Assembly: GCA_035325445.1 (NCBI GenBank)
Contig: DAOKZW010000001.1
Location: 2,000-65,999 of the forward strand
DNA length: 64,000 nucleotides
Direction of reading: 5' to 3'
Origin: Flavobacteriales bacterium
GTDB taxonomy: Bacteria > Bacteroidota > Bacteroidia > Flavobacteriales_F > PHOS-HE28
The first letter of the stretch is position 1. Every line of letters starts with the position of its first letter. Shown piece after piece: positions 1-9,413 of the stretch. Below the pieces are notes generated by a model. That model ran no database searches. It saw nothing but the letters and a program-made list of their open reading frames with translations, and was not told the origin of the DNA. The position numbers and the translations under genes are program-made.

Positions 1-292
1 GGCGGTAACGGCCGTGGTGGTCTACTACCTCATGCGTTCGCTCAGCCTCGGCCTGGGCATGCTGTTGTTCAACCTGCTTTGCCTGGCCCTGGCGCGCTGG
101 GTCACACTGAACGTGGCATGGCCGCTGTGGGCCATCTGCCTCGCCTTGTTCGTGCTCGCTTGGATCGCCCAGTTCTGGGGTCACGGGGTGGAAGGGAAGA
201 AACCAAGCTTCCTGAAGGACATCCAGTTCCTGCTGATCGGCCCCGCCTGGCTTCTGTCCAAGGTCTACCGCGGGCTGGGCATCGCCTATTGA
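1..292 (+). CDS. DUF962/Mpo1-like integral membrane protein, C-terminal part (gene starts upstream of the window; track ORF 14..292)
   Basis: The ORF reaches the window edge with no upstream stop. Hydrophobic helices and the conserved block WGHGxEGKKPSF...GPAWLL are typical of the DUF962 family. Confidence 0.45.
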   Translation, partial: AVTAVVVYYLMRSLSLGLGMLLFNLLCLALARWVTLNVAWPLWAICLALFVLAWIAQFWGHGVEGKKPSFLKDIQFLLIGPAWLLSKVYRGLGIAY

Positions 293-1407
293 ACGGCCCT
301 GAAGTACACGGGGACCCGGTCGCCGAGGAGGCCGGAATGGAATACCTGCACCAGGTCCAGCAGCACCACGTCCGGCTCCAGCCCCGCCTGTCCGAAAATA
401 TCGCTCTCGCGGCTGTTGGCATAGAAGGCGCCGTGCTTCGCGAAGGCGGGCAGCGCCCGTATGCGCCCATCATCACCGGCCACGTCCGATTCCGTCACCG
501 CCCGTTCCAGGTCGATGATGCGCCCCCAGAAGTCGGCCTGTACCCCCGTTTGCAGCACCTGCTCCAAGGCCACGCCGATGTTGCCCGGCGCCTCGCGGTC
601 CGCAAAGAGGTAATCGCCGCCCGCATCGGCGATCAGATGGGCCATGTAGCTCCGGCCTGACGGGATGGACCAGGCGCCCTTCCACGAGCTGCCGAAGAAG
701 ACGCGCGGGCGTTGTGCCCCCGGCGGCACCATGGCCTTGGCCTGTTCGTAGCGCCCCGCGATCCCGCGGAAGAGCCCCGCGGCCTCTTCCTCCTTCCCCA
801 TCAGCACGCCGAAGACCCGGATCCACTCGGCACGGCCCAAGGGATCGCGCTCCAGGTACTCCGCCACGGGGATCATCGGCAGCGCACCGAAGGAGCCCCG
901 GTCAGCCTCCGTGCCATACGGATACACGAACAGCGCCTCCGGCGCCAGCACAAGCACCCTTTCCCGGTCCAGGCCCTCGGCGGCGCCCACCTCGGCGATC
1001 GCCCCGGCATCGGCCCGGGCCTTCACCAGCGGGTCGCGCAGGCGCCCCACGTGCGCACAGCCCACCACCGCATCCGCCAGGCCCAAGGCCGACAGGAAGG
1101 AGGCATGGGTGGTGCTGAGCAGGGCCACCTGCCGCAGGGGCGCGGCCAGGTGCACCGCCCCGGGCGGCAGGGCCATGGAGGCCTCGCCGCCCACCACGAA
1201 GAGGCCCGTGGTATCGGTTTCTCCGCCCGGCCCGAAGGTGAGCAGCAACCGGGCGTCGCCTTGGTGCCAAAGCTGGAAGAAGGTGGCCGCCTGCACGTGC
1301 TGGCGCTCCCATCCGTCCCAAGAGCCCCCTTCCCGGCCCGGTGTACAGGCCACCAAGGCCAACAAGGCCAACAGGGCCCCATGAAGCGTCCGCTGCGGGC
1401 GGATCAT
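286..1407 (-). CDS. ABC transporter periplasmic substrate-binding protein (TroA/FecB/BtuF-like class), lipoprotein
   Basis: 373-aa ORF with an N-terminal lipoprotein signal (LLALLALVAC) and a two-lobed binding-protein-like composition. Its stop overlaps the start of the downstream gene. Confidence 0.55.
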   Translation of the reverse strand: MIRPQRTLHGALLALLALVACTPGREGGSWDGWERQHVQAATFFQLWHQGDARLLLTFGPGGETDTTGLFVVGGEASMALPPGAVHLAAPLRQVALLSTTHASFLSALGLADAVVGCAHVGRLRDPLVKARADAGAIAEVGAAEGLDRERVLVLAPEALFVYPYGTEADRGSFGALPMIPVAEYLERDPLGRAEWIRVFGVLMGKEEEAAGLFRGIAGRYEQAKAMVPPGAQRPRVFFGSSWKGAWSIPSGRSYMAHLIADAGGDYLFADREAPGNIGVALEQVLQTGVQADFWGRIIDLERAVTESDVAGDDGRIRALPAFAKHGAFYANSRESDIFGQAGLEPDVVLLDLVQVFHSGLLGDRVPVYFRAVQ

Positions 1408-2861
1408 TGCATTTCAGCGATCAGAAGCATCAGGGCCTCGCGCACGGTGTCCTTGCCGTAGATCAAATCCTGCGGCAGCCGGGGCACCTGATAGCTGGGC
1501 ATCTCGCCGCGGTCCACCGGGCCTGCCGGCACCCCTTCGGGCACGAAACGTGTCAGCGGCACCGTCAGGATGCAGCCGCTGTTCGGCAAAGTGACCTCCA
1601 AGGTGCGCCCCCCGCAGAAGCTCGAGGCGTTGGACCCCGTTTCCTCGCCCACGGTGCGTGCGCGCCCCGTGCGTTTGGCCGCCATCACGAAAGCTGCCGC
1701 AGCCCCGGTGGTGCCACCATCGCAAACCACGTAAACCTTGCCCGTGAAGGCTTTGGGCAAAGGGTCCTGGTACTTCAGCCGCGCATCCTCGGCAAGCAGC
1801 TCCCGCCGGCCGTTCACCTCGGCCGCATACAGCCCGCCCACGGCCGCGAAGAACTCGGGCTCGGGCTTGGCATAGCGGTAGGAATCGGGTACCCGGCCGC
1901 TGCGGATGGACATGGAGCCCACCATGCGGAACGGCTTTTTCGCGATCAGGCTGAACACCCGCGCGGCCATGGCCATATCGCTGCCTTGCGCGCCGCGCAC
2001 ATCGATCACCAGCGTGGTGGCCTCCGATCTGCGCAAGGCATCCGCCACATTGCCCAGGAAGCGCTCCGGGTTCACCCGCCAGCGCTCCAGCTCGGCCTGT
2101 TCGAAGGTGCCCAAGGTGAGCCAGGCGCTACGCGTGCCGGGGAACTCCTCCAGCCGCCACGGCTGCAGCTCGATGCCCTTGGGCCGGTACGTGCGCCGCA
2201 TCTCCTCCTTGGTCATGGCAAAGACCTCTTTGCGTTGCGGATTTCCGTCGCCCATGCGGTAATCCACCTCGAAGCGGTCGCCCGCCTCCACGAAGCGCCG
2301 GTACATCTCGGGGAAATTGCGCTCGATCCGCCGGTCCAGCAGGGTGGTGTCGTTCCCTTCGCGCACTTGGCTGTTGCGCAGCCGTTCCACGATCCGTTCC
2401 GCAGGCCGCCCGTTGATGGCCAGGATCTCGCACCCCGTGGGCAAGCTGCGGAAGCCCTTGGGTTCCTCATCCAGGTAAAGCCGGTCGGCGATGACCGACA
2501 CATGGATGGGGATCATCGGCACCGAATTGTCGTAGGCGCGCTGCAGGGCTGCGGGCGGCGCCAGGCTGGTGCCGGCATCGCCCACCACTTGCAGGGCAGG
2601 CAGCACCATCCGGATGAACTCCTCCGCCGTCATCGACCCGTCCAGCGAATAGGACAGCCCGTCGAACAGCTGATCCACCTCGGTGCGGGTGCGGTAGCGG
2701 TACGGATCGGGATGGGCCTGCTCCAAGGTTTGGCGGATGATGCCCAGGTCCTCCTGCAACCCTTCGCGCCAAGTCACCTTGCCCAAGGGGTCGCCCTGCG
2801 CCATGCCGGCCACGGCCAGCATCACCCCTGCCATCACTCCAAGGCTCCGTCCCATCATCAT
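1404..2861 (-). CDS. S41 family peptidase (tail-specific / C-terminal processing protease-like)
   Basis: ~485-aa ORF with a signal peptide (MMMGRSLGVMAGVMLAVAGMAQG) and an S41-like architecture. I trimmed the start to the first Met in front of the signal peptide. Confidence 0.7.
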   Translation of the reverse strand: MMMGRSLGVMAGVMLAVAGMAQGDPLGKVTWREGLQEDLGIIRQTLEQAHPDPYRYRTRTEVDQLFDGLSYSLDGSMTAEEFIRMVLPALQVVGDAGTSLAPPAALQRAYDNSVPMIPIHVSVIADRLYLDEEPKGFRSLPTGCEILAINGRPAERIVERLRNSQVREGNDTTLLDRRIERNFPEMYRRFVEAGDRFEVDYRMGDGNPQRKEVFAMTKEEMRRTYRPKGIELQPWRLEEFPGTRSAWLTLGTFEQAELERWRVNPERFLGNVADALRRSEATTLVIDVRGAQGSDMAMAARVFSLIAKKPFRMVGSMSIRSGRVPDSYRYAKPEPEFFAAVGGLYAAEVNGRRELLAEDARLKYQDPLPKAFTGKVYVVCDGGTTGAAAAFVMAAKRTGRARTVGEETGSNASSFCGGRTLEVTLPNSGCILTVPLTRFVPEGVPAGPVDRGEMPSYQVPRLPQDLIYGKDTVREALMLLIAEMQ

Positions 2862-2867
2862 CCGTGT

Positions 2868-2908
2868 CCCCGAAATATAAGAATGCCTGCGCCGCGGCGC
2901 AGGCATTC
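2868..2908 (-). terminator. Rho-independent terminator downstream of pckA
   Basis: Perfect 11-bp GC-rich palindrome AATGCCTGCGC-CGCG-GCGCAGGCATT immediately 3' of the pckA stop, followed on the minus strand by a U-rich stretch (CTTATATTTCG). Confidence 0.5.
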
Positions 2909-2926
2909 AGATCCCGGGCCGTTTTT

Positions 2927-4543
2927 TCAGGCCTTCACCCCGCTGCCGGGCTCGGCTTGGAGGGTTTCCTCGTTGGCAAACTCGCGGTACTTGTCGAAAT
3001 TCTTCCGGAAGGCCTTGGCCAGGTTGTCCGCCTGTGCGTCGTAGGCCGCCTTGTCCTTCCATGTGTTGCGCGGCTGCAGCACCTCGGTGGGTACGTTGGG
3101 GCAGCTCTGCGGCACCTGCACGCCGAACACCGGGTCGGCCTTATACTCCACCTTGTCCAGCTCGCCGTTCAGCGCCGCGGTGATCATGGCGCGGGTGTGG
3201 CGCAGGCTCATGCGCTGGCCCACGCCGTAGGCGCCGCCGCTCCAGCCGGTGTTCACCAGCCACACATGCACCTGGTGCTTCTTCATCCGCTCGCCCAGCA
3301 TTTCGGCGTACTTGGTGGGGTGCAAGGGCAGGAAGGGCGCCCCGAAGCAGGTGCTGAACACCGTCTTCGGCTCGGTGATGCCCGCTTCCGTGCCGGCCAC
3401 CTTGGCGGTGTAGCCGCTGAGGAACCAGTACATGGCCTGGCCGGCATCGAGCCTGCTGATGGGGGGCAGCACCCCGTACGCATCGCAGGTCAGGAAGAAG
3501 ATGTTCTTCGGATGCCCGCCCATGCTGGGCACCGCATGGTTGGCGATGTGCTCCATGGGGTAGCTCACGCGGGTGTTCTCCGTCTTGCTCTTGTCGGTGA
3601 AGTCCACCACCGTCTCGCTGCCCTCCTGGAACCCGATGTTCTCCAGCAGCGCGCCGAAGCGGATGGCATCCCAGATCTCGGGCTCCTTCTCCTTGCTCAG
3701 GTCGATGGCCTTGGCATAGCAGCCGCCCTCGAAGTTGAACACGCCGTTCTCGCCCCAGCCGTGCTCATCGTCGCCGATGAGGTGACGCTCGGGGTCGGCG
3801 CTCAAGGTGGTCTTGCCTGTACCGCTGAGGCCGAAGAAGACCGCCACATCGCCCTGCTTGCCGATGTTGGCCGAGCAGTGCATGCTGAATACGTTGTGGT
3901 CCTGCGGCAGGATGAAGTTGAGCACCCCGAAGATGCCCTTCTTGATCTCGCCCGTGTAGGCGGTGCCGCCGATCAGGATCATCTTGCGACTGTAGTCCAC
4001 CGCGGCGAAGTTGTGCTGACGCGTGCCGTCGATCTTGGGGTCGGCCATGAAGCCGGGGGCGCACAGGATATGCCACTCGGGGTCGAAGTCCTCCAGCTCG
4101 GCGCGGTCGGGCCGCAGGAACATGTTGTTGGCGAACAGGGCCTCCCACGGTAGTTCGGCCACCAGTCGCAGGTTCAGCCGGAAGGCCGGGTCGGCGCAGG
4201 CATAGGCGTCATGCACGTAGGCATCGCGGCCCATCATGTAGGCGGTCATGCGCTCGCGCAGCCGCTCGAAGGTGGCCGGGTCCATCGGGATGTTGATGTC
4301 GCCCCAGTGGATGGTATCCTCGGTGATGGCATCCTTCACTTGGAACTTGTCCTTGGGGCTGCGGCCGGTGAACTCACCGGTATCCACCGCCAGCGCGCCG
4401 CTGCTCGCCAGCACCCCTTGGCCGTTCACCAGCGTGTGCTCCACCAGCTCGGCCGGTTCCAGGTTCCAGAATACATCACCCATATTGCCCAGGCCGATCT
4501 TGGAAAGGTCTGCGTGCTTCGGTTTCAATCCGAATTCGTTCAT
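2927..4543 (-). CDS. pckA: Phosphoenolpyruvate carboxykinase (ATP)
   Basis: Full-length match to ATP-dependent PEPCK: kinase-1a motif GLSGTGKTT, the conserved blocks FNFEGGCYAK and LIGDDEHGW, and a length of ~538 aa. The start is set at MNEFGLKPKH. Confidence 0.95.
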   Translation of the reverse strand: MNEFGLKPKHADLSKIGLGNMGDVFWNLEPAELVEHTLVNGQGVLASSGALAVDTGEFTGRSPKDKFQVKDAITEDTIHWGDINIPMDPATFERLRERMTAYMMGRDAYVHDAYACADPAFRLNLRLVAELPWEALFANNMFLRPDRAELEDFDPEWHILCAPGFMADPKIDGTRQHNFAAVDYSRKMILIGGTAYTGEIKKGIFGVLNFILPQDHNVFSMHCSANIGKQGDVAVFFGLSGTGKTTLSADPERHLIGDDEHGWGENGVFNFEGGCYAKAIDLSKEKEPEIWDAIRFGALLENIGFQEGSETVVDFTDKSKTENTRVSYPMEHIANHAVPSMGGHPKNIFFLTCDAYGVLPPISRLDAGQAMYWFLSGYTAKVAGTEAGITEPKTVFSTCFGAPFLPLHPTKYAEMLGERMKKHQVHVWLVNTGWSGGAYGVGQRMSLRHTRAMITAALNGELDKVEYKADPVFGVQVPQSCPNVPTEVLQPRNTWKDKAAYDAQADNLAKAFRKNFDKYREFANEETLQAEPGSGVKA

Positions 4544-4613
4544 GATCGTCAAGTTCTCGTTTTGGAGGTGCAAAGTTAGGGAACCGGCCATCGCCGCGCT
4601 GACGGATGTCAGC

Positions 4614-5018
4614 CTACCCGCGCCGGTAGGCTCCGATGAGGATGGCTGCCCATCCCGCGATGAACATCAGGCCGCCCAAGGGCGTGATGGGCCCCAGCAC
4701 CCGGGTGAGCGCTTCCAACCCCAGCAGTTCGCGCGTGGCCAACAGGTACAGCGAGCCGCTGAAGCAAAGGATGCCCAGCAGGAACAGGATGCGCACGAAG
4801 CTCACCACCCGCACGGGCAACCGCCCCTCCAAGGCCGCCAAGCCCAGCAGGGCCAGACCGTGGTAGAACTGGTATTGGGCCGCCGTGGCCCAGTTCTGGT
4901 ACGCCCGCGCATCCACCTTGCCCTGTATCCCATGGGCACCGAAGGCACCCAGCGCCACCGCGGCCAACAAGATGGCCGCCGCCCACGCCAAGGTCCGTTC
5001 ATGCAGTTTCACAGCCAT
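4614..5018 (-). CDS. DUF423 family membrane protein (YgdD-like)
   Basis: 134-aa protein with four predicted TM helices and the DUF423 signature (AAQYQFYHGLALL...). Confidence 0.7.
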   Translation of the reverse strand: MAVKLHERTLAWAAAILLAAVALGAFGAHGIQGKVDARAYQNWATAAQYQFYHGLALLGLAALEGRLPVRVVSFVRILFLLGILCFSGSLYLLATRELLGLEALTRVLGPITPLGGLMFIAGWAAILIGAYRRG

Positions 5019-5085
5019 GCTGCAAAGTTGGTGACGGACACCCGCTCCGGGGCCATCCTCCCTTTTTTTGGGGCGGGCCAGACGG

Positions 5086-5823
5086 TCACCGGTTGCGCGC
5101 CTTGCGCAGCCGCGCCTTGTCAGGGTCCTCGTGGAAGAAATACCGCAGGTCCACCGTGAGGTAGCTGCCGCTCAGGCGGGTGATCATGCGGTACGGCTTG
5201 TACCCCGCATAGCGGTCCAGCCAGGTGGCATCGGCCTGCGCCATGTCGCCGAAGGGCCGGTGGTAGGTGGCCCCCAGGTAGAAATAGCCCGACTTCTCCG
5301 TGCGGTATTCAACCCCGATGTTGCCCAGCACCCCCACCTGCGCCCAATTGCGGCGGAACAGATAGGCCTGGGCGTAGTCCAGCTCCCGGTGCGCGTCGCT
5401 GGGGTAGAAATCCACGCTGGCGCCCAAGGCGTTGTTCATCCACGTGTTCTCGCCCAACCGCACGTACACCAGGCACACCACCGGCACCTCGTAGCCCACG
5501 TAGCGCAAGCGGCCCGAGCCGCTGTACCCGTTGGTGTCATTGGCCATGGTGAAGTCGTAGCGCCTGTTGATCTGGTCGATGCCCACCTCCAACGAAATGG
5601 CCTTGGTGATCCCGTGGCGCACCAACATGCCGAAGGCCATGCCCCCGTTGAGGTCCAGCGTGGCCGACAGATGCTCCTGCTGCAAGGCGCCCTTGTTCTC
5701 GAAAAAGCCGAACGGGATCACCGGCTTCACCTGAAGGCCGAAAGTGGTGACACCCTGCTGGGCATGCAGCCACCCAGGGCCCAACAAGGCCACCAGGGCG
5801 AGGATCGGTGCACACCGGCGCAT
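5086..5823 (-). CDS. Hypothetical secreted / outer-membrane beta-barrel-like protein
   Basis: Signal peptide (MRRCAPILALVALLGPGWLHAQ), alternating beta-strand-like composition and an aromatic-rich C-terminus. No recognisable family. Confidence 0.4.
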   Translation of the reverse strand: MRRCAPILALVALLGPGWLHAQQGVTTFGLQVKPVIPFGFFENKGALQQEHLSATLDLNGGMAFGMLVRHGITKAISLEVGIDQINRRYDFTMANDTNGYSGSGRLRYVGYEVPVVCLVYVRLGENTWMNNALGASVDFYPSDAHRELDYAQAYLFRRNWAQVGVLGNIGVEYRTEKSGYFYLGATYHRPFGDMAQADATWLDRYAGYKPYRMITRLSGSYLTVDLRYFFHEDPDKARLRKARNR

Positions 5824-6015
5824 GGCGCCAAAGTTCGCCCAAAGCACGATCGGAATGAGGAGCATGCCCCTGCGAAGCGGGAAAAGGCCCGGACGAAAGC
5901 ACGAAGGGCGGCCCCGGCATGGGGATCGGCTTTTCCATGAAAACCCGGTTCACAAATGGGGGCATTGTTGAAAAAGTGTCCCCCGCCCCGCCTGTCTTCC
6001 ACCTTAGCTTTCGCC

Positions 6016-6720
6016 ATGCGACACCCCGCCCGCGCCCTGCTTCCCTGCCTCGCCTTGGCGACCATGGGCTGCGCCGGGACCGCCCACCAAGCGCACGGCC
6101 CCCAATACGGCTGGCTGCGGAAACAAGGCCACAGGGCCACCGCCCGGCAAGCGGTGCCCGATGCCCCGGCCCTACGTACCAGCGGGGGGGCCGCAGCCGG
6201 GGAACCGGCCCTGCCGATGGTGCGGGAGGAATGGGACGGCGCGGACATGGCGGCCATGGCCGCCCTCCCCGGCGGCACCATCGCCCCGGCCCGATCGCCT
6301 TCCGGGGATGACCCCCAAGCCCTGAACACGGCCCGGCAGGAGCCCGCCCGCCCCTCCCCCTCAGTGCCGTTTTCGGTATCCGCAGGACAGCCGTTTTCAA
6401 CAATGCGGCCGGACCCCGGACCCGCCATAGCCCCGGCGGCCCACGACCAAGATGACCATGTGGAAGCGGAGCGGCGCTGGAACATCAAAGGCCTGGTGGC
6501 GGCCCCCATCGGAGTGGGCACGGTGATCGCCGGGCTGGCCCTGCACAGCGTCCCCCTCCTGCTCATCGGCGGGGCCGTCGCCTTCGCCTTGGGACTGTGG
6601 GCCAGCCGGCAGTGCCGCGACCGGATGGACCGCGGAAAGGGCTTCGCGCTGGTGGGCATGATCCTCGGTGCGGCCGCCCTCTTCTTCAGCCTGATGGTGC
6701 TGGTCCTGGGGGTTGGATAG
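6016..6720 (+). CDS. Hypothetical lipoprotein with two C-terminal TM helices (DUF4190-like tail)
   Basis: Lipobox (LALATMGCAG), a Pro/Ala-rich low-complexity middle region and two C-terminal hydrophobic helices. Confidence 0.35.
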   Translation: MRHPARALLPCLALATMGCAGTAHQAHGPQYGWLRKQGHRATARQAVPDAPALRTSGGAAAGEPALPMVREEWDGADMAAMAALPGGTIAPARSPSGDDPQALNTARQEPARPSPSVPFSVSAGQPFSTMRPDPGPAIAPAAHDQDDHVEAERRWNIKGLVAAPIGVGTVIAGLALHSVPLLLIGGAVAFALGLWASRQCRDRMDRGKGFALVGMILGAAALFFSLMVLVLGVG

Positions 6721-6891
6721 GCGTTGCTCCAACGACTATCCCGAGAGCAAAAGGGGCCGTTTCCGAGGAATTTCAGGATTCAACATTGGATTGGACATCC
6801 ATCCGGACATCATCTTGGACATTCACTTGTTCAACAATTCCTGAAATGCTTCGTATACAGCTTCTTGTCCGCTACTTCTTTTGGGACATCC

Positions 6892-8040
6892 ATGCGCTCA
6901 TACGAACAGACACATCCGTGGATTTCTTTCCGTTTTGACCCCCGGCAACTGCCTTGGCCCGTGTGGATCCGCTTGGGCGAGGCCGCAGCCATCTGCCGAC
7001 AGCTCCGCACGGCCGCCCTGCCCGCCAAGGACGGCGAGCTGATCGGGTACATCGTCCTGCTCCACGGGGTGGTGGCCAACGCCGCCTTGGACGGCAATAC
7101 GCTCAGCGAGGACCAGGTGGATCGCCTGTTGGAAGGGAGCCTCCAACTGCCGCCCTCGCAGCTATACATGGAACGCGAGGTACGCAATCTGGTGAAGGCA
7201 GTGGCCTGGACCGAGGCCCGTGCCAAGGCCGCCGACCACGATACCGGCCCGTGGACCTTGCAGGTGCTGAACGCACAGGTGATGAAGGAGCTGGCGGACG
7301 AGCAGGGCGGTGCACCGGGGCAGTACCGGACGGTGCGCGACCCCAACCCCTCGGGCGGGGTTGCTCCCGAGGATATCCCCACGCTGATCGAGCGCCTGCA
7401 AACTTGGCTTCAAGGGCCACCCTTCACGCCCGAACACGAGGAAGAGAAGTTGCCCATGGCGATCATCAGCGCGGCGATCATCCACCTGTACCTGCGCTGG
7501 ATCGCCCCCTTCGCCGCCGGCAACGGACGCACCGCCCGCCTGGTGGAATTCCAGCTGTTGCTGAACGCCGGCATCCCCGCCCCGGCCGCCCACCAGATGG
7601 CCGCCCATGCCGCCGCCACCCGCACCGAATACGAGCGCCAGGTGGCCCATGCCGCCCGGCCCGGCGGGGACCCGGTCCCCTTCGTGGCATACATGGTGAA
7701 TGGATTCGCCGATGCCCTGCGCTCCTTGGCCGACGAGGTGAACGAGGCCCAGTACCAGCACTTGGCACAGGAGGAGCTCAGGCGCCTCACCCTGCCCGAT
7801 GGTTCGCCCGCCGGCGAGCGCCTGATGGCCTTGGCCACCGGCATCCATGCCCAGCCGGGCAAGATCGCCACCAGCCGCATCCCCCGCCTGTCCGCCGAGC
7901 TCGCCCTGGCCTACTCCCGCCTGAACGCCAAGACCTTGCAGCGCGACCTGGCCCAGCTTGAGCACCTCGGGCTGGTGGAACGCAGCCGGGGGGCCGTGCG
8001 CGCCAAGGCCCCGGGTGTCAGGCCCTTCCGTACGGCCTGA
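6892..8040 (+). CDS. Fic/DOC family protein with a degenerate active-site motif (APFAAGNGRTAR instead of HPFx[DE]GNGR)
   Basis: Fic-fold length and architecture. The recognisable Fic core motif keeps PF..GNGR..R but lacks the catalytic His and the acidic residue. The start is set at MRSYEQTHPW. Confidence 0.65.
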   Translation: MRSYEQTHPWISFRFDPRQLPWPVWIRLGEAAAICRQLRTAALPAKDGELIGYIVLLHGVVANAALDGNTLSEDQVDRLLEGSLQLPPSQLYMEREVRNLVKAVAWTEARAKAADHDTGPWTLQVLNAQVMKELADEQGGAPGQYRTVRDPNPSGGVAPEDIPTLIERLQTWLQGPPFTPEHEEEKLPMAIISAAIIHLYLRWIAPFAAGNGRTARLVEFQLLLNAGIPAPAAHQMAAHAAATRTEYERQVAHAARPGGDPVPFVAYMVNGFADALRSLADEVNEAQYQHLAQEELRRLTLPDGSPAGERLMALATGIHAQPGKIATSRIPRLSAELALAYSRLNAKTLQRDLAQLEHLGLVERSRGAVRAKAPGVRPFRTA

Positions 8041-8047
8041 CACCGCC

Positions 8048-8881
8048 TTACGGCTCCCCCAAGACCTGCTGCAGCAGGCCGTCCGCCAAGGCGTGCACAA
8101 AGGCCGGGTCCTCGCCCCGCAAGCGGGCCGCCTGCAGCGAGGCCGCACCTTTGGATTTGGACCGTTTTTCGCCTGTGTCGTCCAACAGCAGCGCGTGGTG
8201 CAGGAACAGCGCTTCGCCGAAGGCGGCCTCGCCCAAGAGACGGGCCAAATGCAGCTGAATGGCCGTGGATGGCAGCAGGTCCTTGCCCCGCACGATCAGG
8301 TCCACGCCGAATTGCAGGTCATCCGCCAAGGAGGCGATCTGATAGGCCGGGCGGCCGTTCTGCTGGAGGATCACCGGGTCGGGCATGTCCAAGGGCAGCT
8401 CCCGCACACGCCCGGCAGGCCACGTGCGCATGGCCACGGACGCACCTGCGGGCATACGGAGCCGCCAGCGGCAGCCCGGCGTGTCGAGCGGGAGGCCCAA
8501 GTCGCGGCAATGGCCATCGTACTCCCCGCTCCCGGTGCGTTCGGCAATATCCTTGCGCGAGCAGGTGCAGGCATACAGATGGCCATCGGCACGCAACCGC
8601 CCCACCAACGCCGTGTAGCCCGCTACCCGCAGGTGCTGCGACCATTCACGCACCAGGTCCGCGGGCGTGCGGGGCCCTTGGTACCAATCGAGCCCCAGCC
8701 ATTCCAGCGTATCGAAAATGTCCTGCACGTATTCGGGCCGTACGCGCTCCGCATCGAGGTCGTCGATCCGCAGCAGCACTTGGCCGCCTGCTTCGCGGGC
8801 CAGCCGCCACGCCAGCGCGAACGAGGCCCCGTTGCCCGCGTGCAGCAGGCCGCTGGGCGTAGGGGCCAGGCGCGTCTTCAT
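8048..8881 (-). CDS. gluQ: Glutamyl-Q tRNA(Asp) synthetase (GluQRS/YadB)
   Basis: Truncated class-I GluRS catalytic domain without an anticodon-binding domain (~277 aa). It has the HIGH-like region PSGLLHAGN and a Zn-binding Cys cluster (CTCSRKD...CRD). The start is set at MKTRLAPTPSG. Confidence 0.85.
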   Translation of the reverse strand: MKTRLAPTPSGLLHAGNGASFALAWRLAREAGGQVLLRIDDLDAERVRPEYVQDIFDTLEWLGLDWYQGPRTPADLVREWSQHLRVAGYTALVGRLRADGHLYACTCSRKDIAERTGSGEYDGHCRDLGLPLDTPGCRWRLRMPAGASVAMRTWPAGRVRELPLDMPDPVILQQNGRPAYQIASLADDLQFGVDLIVRGKDLLPSTAIQLHLARLLGEAAFGEALFLHHALLLDDTGEKRSKSKGAASLQAARLRGEDPAFVHALADGLLQQVLGEP

Positions 8882-8888
8882 GGCAAGC

Positions 8889-8977
8889 GTGGTGCCCGGG
8901 GCGGGACTTGAACCCGCACGGCCCTTGCGGGCCAAGGGATTTTAAGTCCCTCGTGTCTACCGATTCCACCACCCGGG
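8889..8977 (-). tRNA. tRNA-Leu (anticodon UAA), type II with a long variable arm
   Basis: The reverse complement reads GCCCGGGTGGTGGAATCGGTAGACACGAGGGACTTAAAATCCCTTGGCCCGCAAGGGCCGTGCGGGTTCAAGTCCCGCCCCGGGCACCA. It has a cloverleaf, a T-loop GGTTCAAGTCC, anticodon loop CTTAAAA and an encoded CCA. Confidence 0.85.
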
Positions 8978-9413
8978 CGGTGGGGCAAAGAAACAGGCCC
9001 GCCGCCGCTAAAGCTAACGCCTCCTTCGCCTTCGCGTAGCCGCTACGGCGGAGCAAGGCGCTAAAGCTTCAGCGGCACGCGGACGGCGGGACAAGGTGAA
9101 TAGCGGCAGGTGATGAGTGACTGGTGAATAGTGCCTTTCATCAGCAGCGCCTTTGCGGGAAACAGCATACCTCCGCGTTCTCCATGGCCCTGTGGTGGAT
9201 CCCCTGGAGCCCATTCCCGAACAACAACTTCACATAGAAGCCCGGCTTCCTTAGCTGCCCGCACAGGTCGAGGTCGTTGAATGGGTTGCTGATGGAATCA
9301 GCCGTGGCAGCGAAAACATGTAGCACAAATTCTATAAGATCATCACATGCTTTAACTTACTTTCGGCCTTTACACCCCCCCAGCCCACATGATTACCCGA
9401 TACCCGATACCCG

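Noticed and set aside
1341-3044. 567-aa plus-strand ORF antisense to the S41 peptidase gene, and similar long antisense ORFs (2864..4153, 5068..5940, 9574..10419, 16124..16783, 18084..19229, 42117..45926, 49777..50649, 51700..52950, 53227..54087, 60792..62726)
   Set aside because: High-GC DNA gives long stop-free stretches on the opposite strand. In each case a clearly homologous gene (pckA, mutS, czcA, icmF, ftsH and others) occupies the other strand, and the antisense translations are low-complexity Arg/Ala/Gly-rich.
9061-9413. Possible additional gene or promoter between tRNA-Leu and the first T9SS cargo gene
   Set aside because: Only short ORFs (66-67 aa) with no start context or similarity lie there. 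The AT-richer segment 9330-9400 probably holds the promoter of the 9414 gene, but no confident Bacteroidota -33/-7 motif could be assigned by eye.
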